Source: Sedimentisphaerales bacterium
Lineage (GTDB): Bacteria > Planctomycetota > Phycisphaerae > Sedimentisphaerales > SM23-30
Length of the DNA stretch: 64,000 nt
Strand: one strand, 5' to 3'
NCBI GenBank assembly: GCA_963666285.1
Contig: OY762711.1
A model generated the notes under the pieces. It worked only from the letters and a program-made list of their open reading frames with translations. It ran no database searches and was not told the DNA's origin. This document shows positions 41,552-51,435 of the stretch, piece by piece. A program made the position numbers and the translations under genes. Every line of letters begins with the position of its first letter. Within the stretch, counting starts at the first letter, position 1.

Positions 41552-42652
41552 ATGAAACTGAATATGTTTGAAAATATGTGCAGAAGTGCCTGTTATGGGA
41601 TAATGATGCTTGATAAGCAGGGCAGGATAGTTTTTGTGAATGACTTTTGTACAAAACTTTTAGCTTTGCCTTCTGATGCCGGTTCGGGAGCCAGCTTTTT
41701 ACATGAATTTATTCCTTCTGAAGAGCATAGCACTTATAATAAAATATTTAATATTTATCCAGATATTATTTATCTCGATCAGCCGTCAGTTGATATGTTA
41801 AACCCGGTGCATATTGAGTTTGAGAAACCACACCCAGGTGGTTTAATGGCTACCTTGCTAAAATTTTCAATTTGTCCGTTATATGAGGAAAGTATGCTGG
41901 TTGGGTACAGTGTGTGGATAAATGATATCTCTCGACGCAAGAAGTTGCTGACTCAGCTGGATCAGGCTGAAAAACTCGCTTCACTTGCTACGCTGGCATC
42001 GGGCATAGCTCATCATTTTAATAATATCATTGGCGGAGTTGCTACTTTTGCTGATTTTGCTCTGGCTGGAAATAATCCTCAGGCTTATCAAAAAGCATTG
42101 AAAATGACAATTGAAGCGGCTGAACGTATTAGCCAGATAACTTCTTCTTTACTTACTTTTGCCGAACAGGATTCCCGTGAAATAGAGACTTCTGATCTTA
42201 GTGAGGTTGTGTTGACCTTTTGTCACCTTGTTGAAAAAGATCTATGTGAGAAGAATATTATTTTGGAATTAAATGTTGGCTCGGTTCCGGAATATGAAGT
42301 CCCTGGTGCAAAAATAAACCAGATTTTGAATAATATAGTTAGTAATGCTGAAGAAGCCATGCCTGAAGGTGGAACTCTTTCAATCAATCTTATTCGGGAT
42401 GAAGGGAATCTTGTGCTTACTTTTGCTGATACAGGTTGTGGAATTGAGCAGGATCATTTGCCGCATATTTTTAATCCGTTTTTTACTACTCGTGGAGTTG
42501 CTAGTAACGGCCAGTCGACACATAAAAGCGGATTGGGGCTTTCTGTTGTTTACGGCATAGTTAAAGAGATGAGAGGTTCTATTTCAGCTTTTAGTAAACT
42601 TGAATGTGGTTCTGAGTTTATCATTAAGCTGCCGCTGCAAGAATCTAAGTAA
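41552..42652 (+). CDS. PAS-domain sensor histidine kinase
   Basis: GRIVFVN PAS, SGIAHHFNN H-box, NAEEAM, DTGCGI, FNPFFTT, GLGLS. Confidence 0.9.
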   Translation: MKLNMFENMCRSACYGIMMLDKQGRIVFVNDFCTKLLALPSDAGSGASFLHEFIPSEEHSTYNKIFNIYPDIIYLDQPSVDMLNPVHIEFEKPHPGGLMATLLKFSICPLYEESMLVGYSVWINDISRRKKLLTQLDQAEKLASLATLASGIAHHFNNIIGGVATFADFALAGNNPQAYQKALKMTIEAAERISQITSSLLTFAEQDSREIETSDLSEVVLTFCHLVEKDLCEKNIILELNVGSVPEYEVPGAKINQILNNIVSNAEEAMPEGGTLSINLIRDEGNLVLTFADTGCGIEQDHLPHIFNPFFTTRGVASNGQSTHKSGLGLSVVYGIVKEMRGSISAFSKLECGSEFIIKLPLQESK

Positions 42653-42704
42653 GCTCATTTATGGGGTATGATAATAGATGCCTGAATGTAATGAATTGTG
42701 CAGT

Positions 42705-43241
42705 TTAATCTTCACCACGCAGCTTTTTATCTAATGCACTCATCATATGTGCATAACCGCGATTGAGATGACGATGATCTTTTAGGCCAATCATTTCTCG
42801 GACTTTTGTTATAATTTCTTCGTTTGGCCCTTCAATCTCAATGAACATACCCAAACGATTAACCTTGTCAAGACAAACCAGACAATTTTCAATTTCGTAG
42901 GTTTTACGTAATTTATCTATTGTTAGATTTGGTGTAAAAGTTAACTGTTCCAGCAGAGCTATAGCCTTATCACAATCATCTACCTCAAGTTCTATTTCGG
43001 TTCTGCTTTTATACTCGCCGCGCTGCCGGGGACCTTTGAAGGTGATCATTGTTATTTCCTGGTCGACAGTTTTTTCTTTGCGGATACGCATACCCGTACC
43101 TTTTCTCAGTACCTTGCGACTGCCGAGATATATGTCGGTTTGGCGAACTATGCTGATAAAATCAGCTTCCAGCTCTTCGAGCTTGGCTTCGAAAGAATCC
43201 AGCTCTTTTACCTTAAATTTTGCTTCAACTTCCAAGTTCAT
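42705..43241 (-). CDS. cyaB: CYTH domain protein (class IV adenylate cyclase-like)
   Basis: EVEAKF (ExExK), QTDIY, TFKGP, CLDKV..LGMFIEIE. Confidence 0.85.
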   Translation of the reverse strand: MNLEVEAKFKVKELDSFEAKLEELEADFISIVRQTDIYLGSRKVLRKGTGMRIRKEKTVDQEITMITFKGPRQRGEYKSRTEIELEVDDCDKAIALLEQLTFTPNLTIDKLRKTYEIENCLVCLDKVNRLGMFIEIEGPNEEIITKVREMIGLKDHRHLNRGYAHMMSALDKKLRGED

Positions 43242-43341
43242 TATCTACCTTTATTATAGAAAGCGACTTTTAAAAATGCCGCAATAATTTTTAATTATTT
43301 ATCATTGCAGACAAATATACTTGCAAGGTTGCCTAAATATA

Positions 43342-44829
43342 TTAGCCTGCAGGAACGCACCTGTCGGCAGCCCAGGCTCTTAAATTGGCTACCTGTTCCG
43401 CCATTGTAACAGACAACGGCGGCGATCCGGTTATTCTCTCTGACATTATTTTATCATTGAGTTCTGTTGTTTTTGAAAAGGCTTCATGTAAGCCTGAAAT
43501 AACCGCTTGCTCTATCTCAGCTCCGCTAAATCCGTTAGCTTTGTCTGCTAGCATATCCAGATCAAATTTCTCAGGATCCTGGTTTCGCTTTCGCAGATGT
43601 ATTTCTAAAATTGTTTTTCTTGTTTCAAAGTCCGGCAGATCGACAAAAAATATCTCATCGAACCTTCCTTTTCGCAATAGTTCTGCCGGAAGCGACTCTA
43701 TGTCGTTTGCAGTTGCCACCAGGAATACCGGGTCAACATGTTCCTGCATCCAGGTGAGCAGTGAACCAAACATTCTGCGTGACAAGCCGCCGTCACTATT
43801 ATGCGATGCGGCAGAAGCAAATGCTTTTTCTATTTCATCTATCCACAATACTATTGGCGACATGCTTTCAGCCTGCTTTAAGGCCTGACGAAGATGTTTT
43901 TCTGATTCGCCAATATAGCTGTCGTACAATTTCCCAGGATCCATCCTCAGGAGCGGTAGTTGCCAGGCGGTTGCAATTGCTTTGGCACAAAGGCTTTTTC
44001 CTGCTCCCTGTACGCCAAGCATTAATACGCCTTTAGGGGCAGCCAGCCCATATTCCTCGCCTTCACCTGTAATAGCTCTATATCGCTGTTTCAGCCATTT
44101 TTTCAAATTGGCAAGCCCGCCAATATTGTTAAGGTCGGTCGGGGCCTCGATATAGTCCAGCAAACCATCGCTATGGAGCACTTGTCTTTTACGTGCAAGT
44201 ATGCTGTTAATGTCTTCCTGGTTAAATTTTCTATCTCTGGCTACAGAGTCGGCAATAACTTCTTTGGCCTGCCTGCGGGTCAAACCTCGCAAGTTTCGGA
44301 TAATTGTATTTAACCCTTTTCTGGTAATATCTATCTCTATAGGTTTTACCTGGTGCATTTCACGCAGTGTGCTTTTTACCAGTGATTCCAGTTCCTGTTC
44401 GTCTGGTAGCGATATTTCGAATTTTGTAACCAGCGGCTTTATTGCCTGATCGATTTCATTTTTGAAATCGATTAGAACAAGCTTGTTTCCGGTTTGTTCA
44501 AACTGGAAAATTGTATCTCTTAACAGTCTAACTGTTTTTGGTTCGTTAAGATGTTCCAGTATGTCCAGCATGACAAACACCGTTTTTTCCTGGCAACGCA
44601 TCATGGTGTATAATGCGGCTGCCGGGTGTTCTGTGCCGGAAACAGGTTTCGTGTTTGCGAGCAATCCTTGACGCAAACCTTCTACAATTGACCATTTCTG
44701 AATCTCGTAACCTGCGTTTGCAGATACAGTTGTAACCATTTCACGAGCGTACGGCTCTTCATCTGTGATAATAGCTATACAGGAACGGCCCCCTGTGAGT
44801 AATTCTTCAAATCGCTTGTAATCTTCCAT
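43342..44829 (-). CDS. AAA+ ATPase, Ycf46-like
   Basis: IGGLANLKKWL, GVQGAGKS, LWIDEIEKAF, ATAN, LLRKGRFDEIFFVDLP. Confidence 0.9.
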   Translation of the reverse strand: MEDYKRFEELLTGGRSCIAIITDEEPYAREMVTTVSANAGYEIQKWSIVEGLRQGLLANTKPVSGTEHPAAALYTMMRCQEKTVFVMLDILEHLNEPKTVRLLRDTIFQFEQTGNKLVLIDFKNEIDQAIKPLVTKFEISLPDEQELESLVKSTLREMHQVKPIEIDITRKGLNTIIRNLRGLTRRQAKEVIADSVARDRKFNQEDINSILARKRQVLHSDGLLDYIEAPTDLNNIGGLANLKKWLKQRYRAITGEGEEYGLAAPKGVLMLGVQGAGKSLCAKAIATAWQLPLLRMDPGKLYDSYIGESEKHLRQALKQAESMSPIVLWIDEIEKAFASAASHNSDGGLSRRMFGSLLTWMQEHVDPVFLVATANDIESLPAELLRKGRFDEIFFVDLPDFETRKTILEIHLRKRNQDPEKFDLDMLADKANGFSGAEIEQAVISGLHEAFSKTTELNDKIMSERITGSPPLSVTMAEQVANLRAWAADRCVPAG

Positions 44830-45002
44830 AATCCCAAGGTTCTTAAAAGTGTAGGCAAATACTTCAAATCTGCCAATTTGGCGCAATTATAAGCGATTAA
44901 TTGTTTTTTGTCAAATCTGCAATACCGTATATTTCAGTATTATGGGGGATAATGTTGATATAAAGAGATTTTTATAAATTTTGATGCCAATCGCATTTTT
45001 TC

Positions 45003-45030
45003 TTGTCGTTTGGAATTAAAGTGATATAAT
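45003..45030 (+). promoter_or_regulatory. sigma70-type promoter upstream of the CTGA-rich leader
   Basis: TTGTCG-N16-TATAAT. Confidence 0.55.
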
Positions 45031-45283
45031 TTAATTGTCTGATAAAAATATTCATTCGAATTTTAGTGAATCTAAATATTTCATATTTCTGAAATTTAAC
45101 ATTAGTCTACGAAATCTGATAAAAATTTGATAATACCGGCGAATTGCTGGGAATTTCTGATATTAATTCTGATATCTGAGTATTAGTTCTGATATTAATA
45201 ATGCCAGTGCGGGTATTTAAGTGCAGTTTTTACTGAAAGCTTATTGATAATCTTAAGAACTGATATGTTATCAGTAAAAAGTA

Positions 45284-45346
45284 TTCTCACTGAGTATCTT
45301 TGCTGAGTATCTTTGCTGAGTATTTTCTGAGTATCCTCACTGAGTC
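45284..45346 (+). repeat. Short tandem repeats of about 13 bp (CTGAGTATCTTTG-like, 5 CTGAGT cores)
   Basis: CACTGAGTATCTTTGCTGAGTATCTTTGCTGAGTATTTTCTGAGTATCCTCACTGAGT. Confidence 0.85.
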
Positions 45347-45426
45347 AGTTGGAACTGTGTGGAAGTTTTCTTTGTTGGAGGGCTGGCTGATGTGTATTGA
45401 TATTAATGTAAGGAGTGTAAGTAGTT

Positions 45427-45942
45427 ATGATATATTTTAAATGCAGTCAATGTAATGAACACCTGGAAGCGCCGACATCTATGTCCGGTGAAAAGCTGCA
45501 GTGTCCGGTATGCAAGTTCCCCGAGATCGTACCTAATGAGGATGAGAAGATCAATTTAGATCTAGGAAGTGCTATGGCAGCAAGTGAATCGTCGATGAGC
45601 GATAGTGCCGGAGGTGAAAGTATAGCAGTAGCAGAGCTTTCTGGTGATACCAAAGTAGGAGTTGGTATTACCGGCACGTCACAAATAAAGGCATTTGGTA
45701 AGGATCATTTACGTAAAGAGCACAAATGGCACAGGCAAACGCACAAAACCGGTGTAGGTGCATGTAGAGTGAAGCTGTTTCACTCTCGTTTGAGTCCAAA
45801 TGCGATGGAATATATGGAAGATAGCATAAACGAATGGCTGGATGAGAATCCTGATATCGAGGTAAAGTTTTCAGAATCAACAGTTGGTGTAGTTGAAGGT
45901 AAGAAGTCAGAGGCTCATATCCTAATAACTGTCTGGTATTAA
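45427..45942 (+). CDS. Zinc-ribbon hypothetical protein
   Basis: CSQC...CPVC N-terminus, AAGGAG RBS. Confidence 0.75.
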   Translation: MIYFKCSQCNEHLEAPTSMSGEKLQCPVCKFPEIVPNEDEKINLDLGSAMAASESSMSDSAGGESIAVAELSGDTKVGVGITGTSQIKAFGKDHLRKEHKWHRQTHKTGVGACRVKLFHSRLSPNAMEYMEDSINEWLDENPDIEVKFSESTVGVVEGKKSEAHILITVWY

Positions 45943-46288
45943 TTCCGGGTTATATTGTTGTAACTGTCTGTATATAAATGTATTTATGAGATTAGGGGCC
46001 AGGCGAAAATTAGGATTAGCAATAGGTTTTGCCAATGGGGTAGAGCCAATGGGTATTAAAAGTGGTTCTAAAGGAGTGGATTGTATGGGTACTTTCAGGA
46101 GGAAGGTAAACGAAATACAGCTTGCGGAGAGCCGATAGCAATAATGAATATAAGTTATTGTTTTACAATTTCTTATATAATGAAAAAAAGTAATCTGCGG
46201 GCAAAAAAGATCACTAAATACTCTAAATTTGTGCGGGTTAGTTCGCAACTCGAAACACTAAAGAATTGCGAAAGGAGCCGAAACCCGG

Positions 46289-46326
46289 TAAAGGTTGGCA
46301 GTTTGAAATTGCCAACCTTTTTATTT
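46289..46326. terminator. Terminator hairpin between convergent genes
   Basis: AAAGGTTGGCAGTTT-G-AAATTGCCAACCTTTTT. Confidence 0.8.
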
Positions 46327-46350
46327 ACAGCGGTTTACGATAGTTTGGTT

Positions 46351-47232
46351 TTAGTTTTGGGGTTGTTCAAGAGGTGTTCGGTCAAGGTTTGGTCGCAGTA
46401 TTTCAGATGATATGACGTTTTTGCAGCGGTCCAGAATTCGCTGGATCATTATCTTGAAGTTTTCAGGTGACTTTTCAGCGTAAGTCTTTGATTTTCCAGT
46501 AACTTGTGTGGTTGATAGTACCTGGCCGGTGTCGGTGTTGACGATCATAATAACAACAGCGAGGTTGGTGCCTGACGGGTCGTCATTGTCGGGCTGCGGA
46601 GTGGTGGAGACTTCCTGGCCGTTGACCATGAAAGCAGGCTGGGGGTCGGACGGCAGGGTCATGACGCTGTATTCCTTGACTGCGGGGGTGGTATGGAAGG
46701 AGTCTTCCAATATTGCGGAATTATCTCGTGATGAAGCGGCTGATTGCGCTATTGCGGCGGTTTGAGGTGTGCTGACGGCGGAGTCCGGCGTGCTGCGGAG
46801 AGTCTGCGACGGCTCACGGGCAGGCTCTTGCGCGATCATGGAATTTTCGATGTTAAATGTTCCGTAGCTTCGTTTTCCTTCGCGATTATTGGCATAAACC
46901 CTTATTTTTTGGCCCGGTTCAGCCTTGATTTCTACGGTGAAACTCATGTCTTCAGCGAGAGTTACGTTGGCTCGGGTACCGGTTTCAGCGTTTTTAGCAT
47001 ATACGGTTGCAATGGATGTAGAGGTGATAGCCTCGGGCCTACCAGATATAGTGACTGTGCCGGGTGTTGTGCCGGGTGAAATTGTGATCAGGTTTTTATT
47101 TACCTTGCAGTATGGAGTTTTGTCCGGGTTGAGATCGTCGGTGGTTAGTCCGGCGAAGGTAAAGGTGCAACAGGTGTATAAGATTGCCAGAATAAATAAT
47201 ACGCGGTTCGACCAGAAACTACAGCTGTTCAT
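46351..47232 (-). CDS. Hypothetical secreted protein (Ig-like N-domain, P/S/T-rich linker)
   Basis: Signal peptide, beta-rich region, AGGAG RBS. Confidence 0.7.
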   Translation of the reverse strand: MNSCSFWSNRVLFILAILYTCCTFTFAGLTTDDLNPDKTPYCKVNKNLITISPGTTPGTVTISGRPEAITSTSIATVYAKNAETGTRANVTLAEDMSFTVEIKAEPGQKIRVYANNREGKRSYGTFNIENSMIAQEPAREPSQTLRSTPDSAVSTPQTAAIAQSAASSRDNSAILEDSFHTTPAVKEYSVMTLPSDPQPAFMVNGQEVSTTPQPDNDDPSGTNLAVVIMIVNTDTGQVLSTTQVTGKSKTYAEKSPENFKIMIQRILDRCKNVISSEILRPNLDRTPLEQPQN

Positions 47233-47278
47233 GTTACACTCCTATCGTAATTTGCCCGCTTTGAACTGTGTTTATTAA

Positions 47279-47452
47279 GAACCCATCCCAAAATCTTTTT
47301 TTGCATTGATTGGCTGCATTCACCCTGCCCTTCGTTGATCGGCAAAAAACAATCTCGACGTATAATAATACGCCTGCGATAGTTTTTGGCCTCCGCCTCG
47401 GCCATGAATAAATTCGCTCAATCCTGCATTAAAACATATTTTGGACGAGTTC
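47279..47452. repeat. Imperfect palindromic element (REP/MITE-like)
   Basis: GAACCCATCCCAAAAT...ATTTTGGACGAGTTC ends; inner arms GCAAAAAACAATC/GATAGTTTTTGGC; central GACGTAT-AATA-ATACGCC. Confidence 0.65.
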
Positions 47453-47831
47453 AAATAACTTACATCAGTCCCAATCGGGCAGCCTCAATTATTAACCCTT
47501 CCTGAAACTCCTATATGCCGGATCTCCTTACCCGGTGACAATTAATACCCAGATTCCGAATTTGTTAAAAAGTTCAAACTGACTCGTGGCCAGTTGAAAG
47601 TTATTTTTAAGTATTTGGTATCAGGCAAGGATAGCCGTAAAGCGGCAGGCCTGTTTAATATAAAAGATTGTCTTAAAATATATTACAACAATATAAAGAG
47701 ACTAATCAATCATACTAAATTAAGCAAATACCTTTCAAGCTGTGAAACTCAAGTTGCCTTAAACATCCACAAATTATCGTATCCGGTCGGGATGTTATTA
47801 TCAAGTAAAAATTGAAATTAGTTGGCAGGTA
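47362..47831. repeat. ~470-bp direct repeat, copy 1 (left of CRISPR-Cas)
   Basis: Matches 54287-54755 with about 3 substitutions and 1 indel seen by eye. Confidence 0.95.
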
Positions 47832-47977
47832 ACAGGAGAATAAAAATATTGACCAAGGTGGTTGTAAATTGGTAGAATACAACAAGTTAAAATTGAACAG
47901 GGATAAAGGATTGCCCGCTTCTTTGAAATCTGAGAAATAATTGTGGTTATAGGTAATTAATTAAATCCAACATTAAT

Positions 47978-48105
47978 AAAAAAAGCACCCTCAAAATGAA
48001 GGTGCAAGAGGTTGTTCCGTGGAACATTGCTCGCACATAACAGCGGAGCGCCTGCGTCTTTTTCAACTTATTGTGAAAAGTATACAGACTAGGATTAATT
48101 ACACT
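47978..48105 (-). ncRNA. tracrRNA
   Basis: 48070-48105 ATTGTGAAAAGTATACAGACTAGGATTAATTACACT aligns with the repeat; the minus-strand RNA gives anti-repeat, UAAG nexus start, hairpins and GCACCUUCAUUUUGAGGGUGC-U7 terminator. Confidence 0.9.
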
Positions 48106-48111
48106 ATAAGT

Positions 48112-48140
48112 AAAATACACCAATAATTTGAACGTGTCAA
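48112..48140 (-). promoter_or_regulatory. tracrRNA promoter
   Basis: TTGACA-N17-TATTTT ending 6 nt before the anti-repeat. Confidence 0.7.
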
Positions 48141-48159
48141 ATAGAAATTGGAGTTTAAT

Positions 48160-51100
48160 ATGGTGAAATATGTTTTAGGACTTGATTTAGGGCCAACATC
48201 TATTGGATGGGCAGCAATTGCTATTGATGAAAATGGCAATTTTTTAGGTTTTCTGAAAATTTCAGATTCTAAAGATGGTTTGCATTGGATTCCAGCTATT
48301 AATTCGAGAATATTTCCGATGCCATATGTAGAAAAAACTTATTGTGCTGGAAATAAAGAAACAACCAGAAATAAAAACAGAAGAGATGCTAGAGGGGCCA
48401 AAAGAAGATATCAAAGACGGTCTCAAAGGTTGAATGAAACTTATTGCTTTTTACATGAAAGAAATATTCTTCCAGAAAGAAATGAATATGAGAAATTACT
48501 TTCTTTGGATCCTTTTGAAATAAGAGCAAAGGCTTTAGAGGAAAGAATAGATTTACATCATGTAGGAAGAGCAATAATGCATATAGCAAAAAGGAGGGGT
48601 TTTAAGTCAAATAGTAAATTAGGTGGATTGATAGACGTTGATACAGACAATAAGAGAAAGAAAAAAGATAAATCCAAGATAACTCTTTTAAATACATACG
48701 AAGGAAAAACAATTGGGCAAATATGTTATGAGAAACATAAGGATGATATCTGTACTGCTGTAAGGAATAAAGGTGAAATGAATATATGGCAAAGGAAAGA
48801 CTATATTGATGAAGTATGTCGTATATGGAAATGTCAACAACAGTATTATCCAACAATTCTTACGGACGATGTATTAGAGGATTTAGTATCAGAAGATGGA
48901 AGTAAATGGTTATTATTCAGTCAGCATAGTTATAAATTGTCAGCAAGAAAGCAAAGGAAGTATATTGGAAAATGTTCACTATGGAAAGAAAAGCTAAGAT
49001 GTGATAAAAGTAAGAGAGTTGCACAAGAATTTGTGCTTCTTCAAACAATTAACTACTTAGAAATATATGATTCTTACGGTTCAAAAATTGAATGCGGCGT
49101 TTCAAAAGAAGATAAGCAAAAAATATTAGAATATATATCTTCCTTTGAGAAAGGCAAAAAGTATTCACAAATTAAAAAACATTTAGGATATCCAGAAGAT
49201 TGGAGATTTAATTTTGAGGATGTAGAAGAAGATAATAGTTTGCCAGGAATTGCAGTAGATGATCTGATAAGAGTTATATTTGGCGAAAGGAAGGGCAATA
49301 AGTATGTGCAGATTGTTGATTATAGTGATAGAGAAGCTGTTTGGGAAATTGTGCTTTTATATATTGATGAAGAGATATCATACAATGAATTACGAAAGCA
49401 AATGGTTAAATTTGATGTTGAGGTTCCAGACGAAGATATATTGAATGCTAAACTAAGTAAAGCAAAAGTACCTGATGGACATGTCAAGTATTGTGAAGAA
49501 ATAGTTAAAATTCTTAATGCCGAAATGCTAAAGGGTATAAACTTGCATGAAGCAAAACAGAGAGTTTGCAAACGTTTAGGGCTAAAAAATAATAGCAGAG
49601 TATTGTCCAAATTACCAATACCTGATAGGGCACATGGTTTTGAAACTACTAATCCAAATGTCAAAGTGGTTTTACATGAAGTTAGAAAGATAGTAAATCA
49701 ATTAATAAAAGAGTTTGGCAAACCAGAGAGGATTATGATTGAGTGCGGAAGGTCGATTAAAGCAAATAAAAAACAAAGAGAGGTAATAAAGAAAAAACAA
49801 AAGGATAATAATACATTGAAAAAAAGTGTTAGGGAGATATTTGATGTAAATGATCAAATACCAGCTTTTATTAAATGTAATAAGCCAGGATGGGCAATTA
49901 AAAGATATATATTATGGCAACAGCAAAAAGGTATGTGTCCGTACTTAGATTCCAGTAAAAAACAAATTCCATTATCAAAACTATTTAGTTCAGAAGTGGA
50001 AATAGACCATATTATTCCTCGTGAAATATCATTTGATAATTCATTAAATAACCAGGTAGTATGTTATACGAATGAAAACAGAAATAAGGGACTTAACACA
50101 CCTATTAGCTGGTTAAAGGAAACAAATCCGGAAAAGTGGGTAAATACACAGAATGCGATAAAGCATTGGAAAGAACTGACTAAGCGGGAAAAAATTACTA
50201 TTGATGGTGAAGAAATTACGTTGGAGCCAAATAGGAATAAATGGGAACGTTTTTTTGTAAATAATAAAGATGTGCACAATAAATACAGCCCTAAAAATCT
50301 CCTGAATGACAATTCATACATTGCAAATGAAGTAAAAAAGTATTTACTGAGATTATATCCTTCTGAAAATCAACAGGGTAGACAAAATGTTGACACAACA
50401 AAAGGTATGATCACCAGTGAGCTAAGAAAAATATGGGGAGTTAATAGTATATTGCGTAAAGATGATATTGATCAAAAGAATAGAGGTGACCATAGGCATC
50501 ATGCAATAGATGCAGCTATTTGTGCTGTTACTACTCATTCTGAAATTCAAAAAATAACGCGAGAGTTGCAACAAGCGTTTCCTGAAACGGATTATGGGAA
50601 AATAAAAATTAGTAAACCTTGGTCTGGTTTTGAAAGAGATTTAAAAGAAGTGATTGATTCTATAAATGTTTCGCATCGGCCAAGACGGCAAGTTCGAGGA
50701 TCATTGCACGGAGATAGCTTTTGGGCAAAAGATTCAAATGGAAAATTTGTGCAAAGAAAAAAAGTGAAAGATGCTAATGTGAGTACTGTTTGTGATGAAA
50801 AGGTTAGAGATCTTATAAAGAAATGGAAGGAATCTAATCAAAGTGAATATCCTATGCTGCCAAATAATAATCATAATGTAAATAATGGAGAACCAATTCC
50901 AGTTAAGAAAGTTAAATGTTATTCTGGGAAAAATGAAAATCAATTTATTGAAATCAGGCCAGGAAAGTATGTTGAAAAGCCTGAAAATCATCATGTCGAG
51001 TTATTTGAACTTGAAGAAAATGGATCAACTCAAATAATTGCAAAAATATGGAATACTTATGAAGTATCAAAAAGAATAGCGAATGCAAACCGCAAGTATA

Positions 51101-51435
51101 ATAAACTTGCTAAGAGTGGGGAAAAGTTAAATATGACTAACTGTATAGTTATCCGTGAGCATCCAGAATATTCAGAAGCAACATTTAAGTTTTCATTTTC
51201 AAAAGGGGATATTATTCAAATGGATAGTAAAAAAGGAGGAAGGGCTTATTATAGAGCCGTTAGTATTGGCGAAAATGATTATTGGTTTTGGGAATTGCAT
51301 ATTGCATCAAATGAAAAACCTAAAGCAGATGATTTAGATGGGCATAGGCTGAGAAGCCCCAATAAATTCTTAGAATTGAATGCTAAAAAGGTTACGGTTG
51401 CCCCATTGGGTCGTGTACGGTGGGCAAATGATTAA
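48160..51435 (+). CDS. cas9: Type II-C Cas9 (about 1091 aa)
   Basis: RuvC-I GLDLG, Arg-rich bridge helix, HIAKRRGF, RuvC-II IMIECGR, HNH EIDHIIP..N..NRNK, RuvC-III HHAIDA. Confidence 0.96.
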   Translation: MVKYVLGLDLGPTSIGWAAIAIDENGNFLGFLKISDSKDGLHWIPAINSRIFPMPYVEKTYCAGNKETTRNKNRRDARGAKRRYQRRSQRLNETYCFLHERNILPERNEYEKLLSLDPFEIRAKALEERIDLHHVGRAIMHIAKRRGFKSNSKLGGLIDVDTDNKRKKKDKSKITLLNTYEGKTIGQICYEKHKDDICTAVRNKGEMNIWQRKDYIDEVCRIWKCQQQYYPTILTDDVLEDLVSEDGSKWLLFSQHSYKLSARKQRKYIGKCSLWKEKLRCDKSKRVAQEFVLLQTINYLEIYDSYGSKIECGVSKEDKQKILEYISSFEKGKKYSQIKKHLGYPEDWRFNFEDVEEDNSLPGIAVDDLIRVIFGERKGNKYVQIVDYSDREAVWEIVLLYIDEEISYNELRKQMVKFDVEVPDEDILNAKLSKAKVPDGHVKYCEEIVKILNAEMLKGINLHEAKQRVCKRLGLKNNSRVLSKLPIPDRAHGFETTNPNVKVVLHEVRKIVNQLIKEFGKPERIMIECGRSIKANKKQREVIKKKQKDNNTLKKSVREIFDVNDQIPAFIKCNKPGWAIKRYILWQQQKGMCPYLDSSKKQIPLSKLFSSEVEIDHIIPREISFDNSLNNQVVCYTNENRNKGLNTPISWLKETNPEKWVNTQNAIKHWKELTKREKITIDGEEITLEPNRNKWERFFVNNKDVHNKYSPKNLLNDNSYIANEVKKYLLRLYPSENQQGRQNVDTTKGMITSELRKIWGVNSILRKDDIDQKNRGDHRHHAIDAAICAVTTHSEIQKITRELQQAFPETDYGKIKISKPWSGFERDLKEVIDSINVSHRPRRQVRGSLHGDSFWAKDSNGKFVQRKKVKDANVSTVCDEKVRDLIKKWKESNQSEYPMLPNNNHNVNNGEPIPVKKVKCYSGKNENQFIEIRPGKYVEKPENHHVELFELEENGSTQIIAKIWNTYEVSKRIANANRKYNKLAKSGEKLNMTNCIVIREHPEYSEATFKFSFSKGDIIQMDSKKGGRAYYRAVSIGENDYWFWELHIASNEKPKADDLDGHRLRSPNKFLELNAKKVTVAPLGRVRWAND

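Noticed and set aside
47594..47815. 73-aa ORF duplicated at 54518-54739 (candidate anti-CRISPR or regulator)
   Set aside because: TTG start, no RBS or motif; identity is explained by the recent 470-bp duplication
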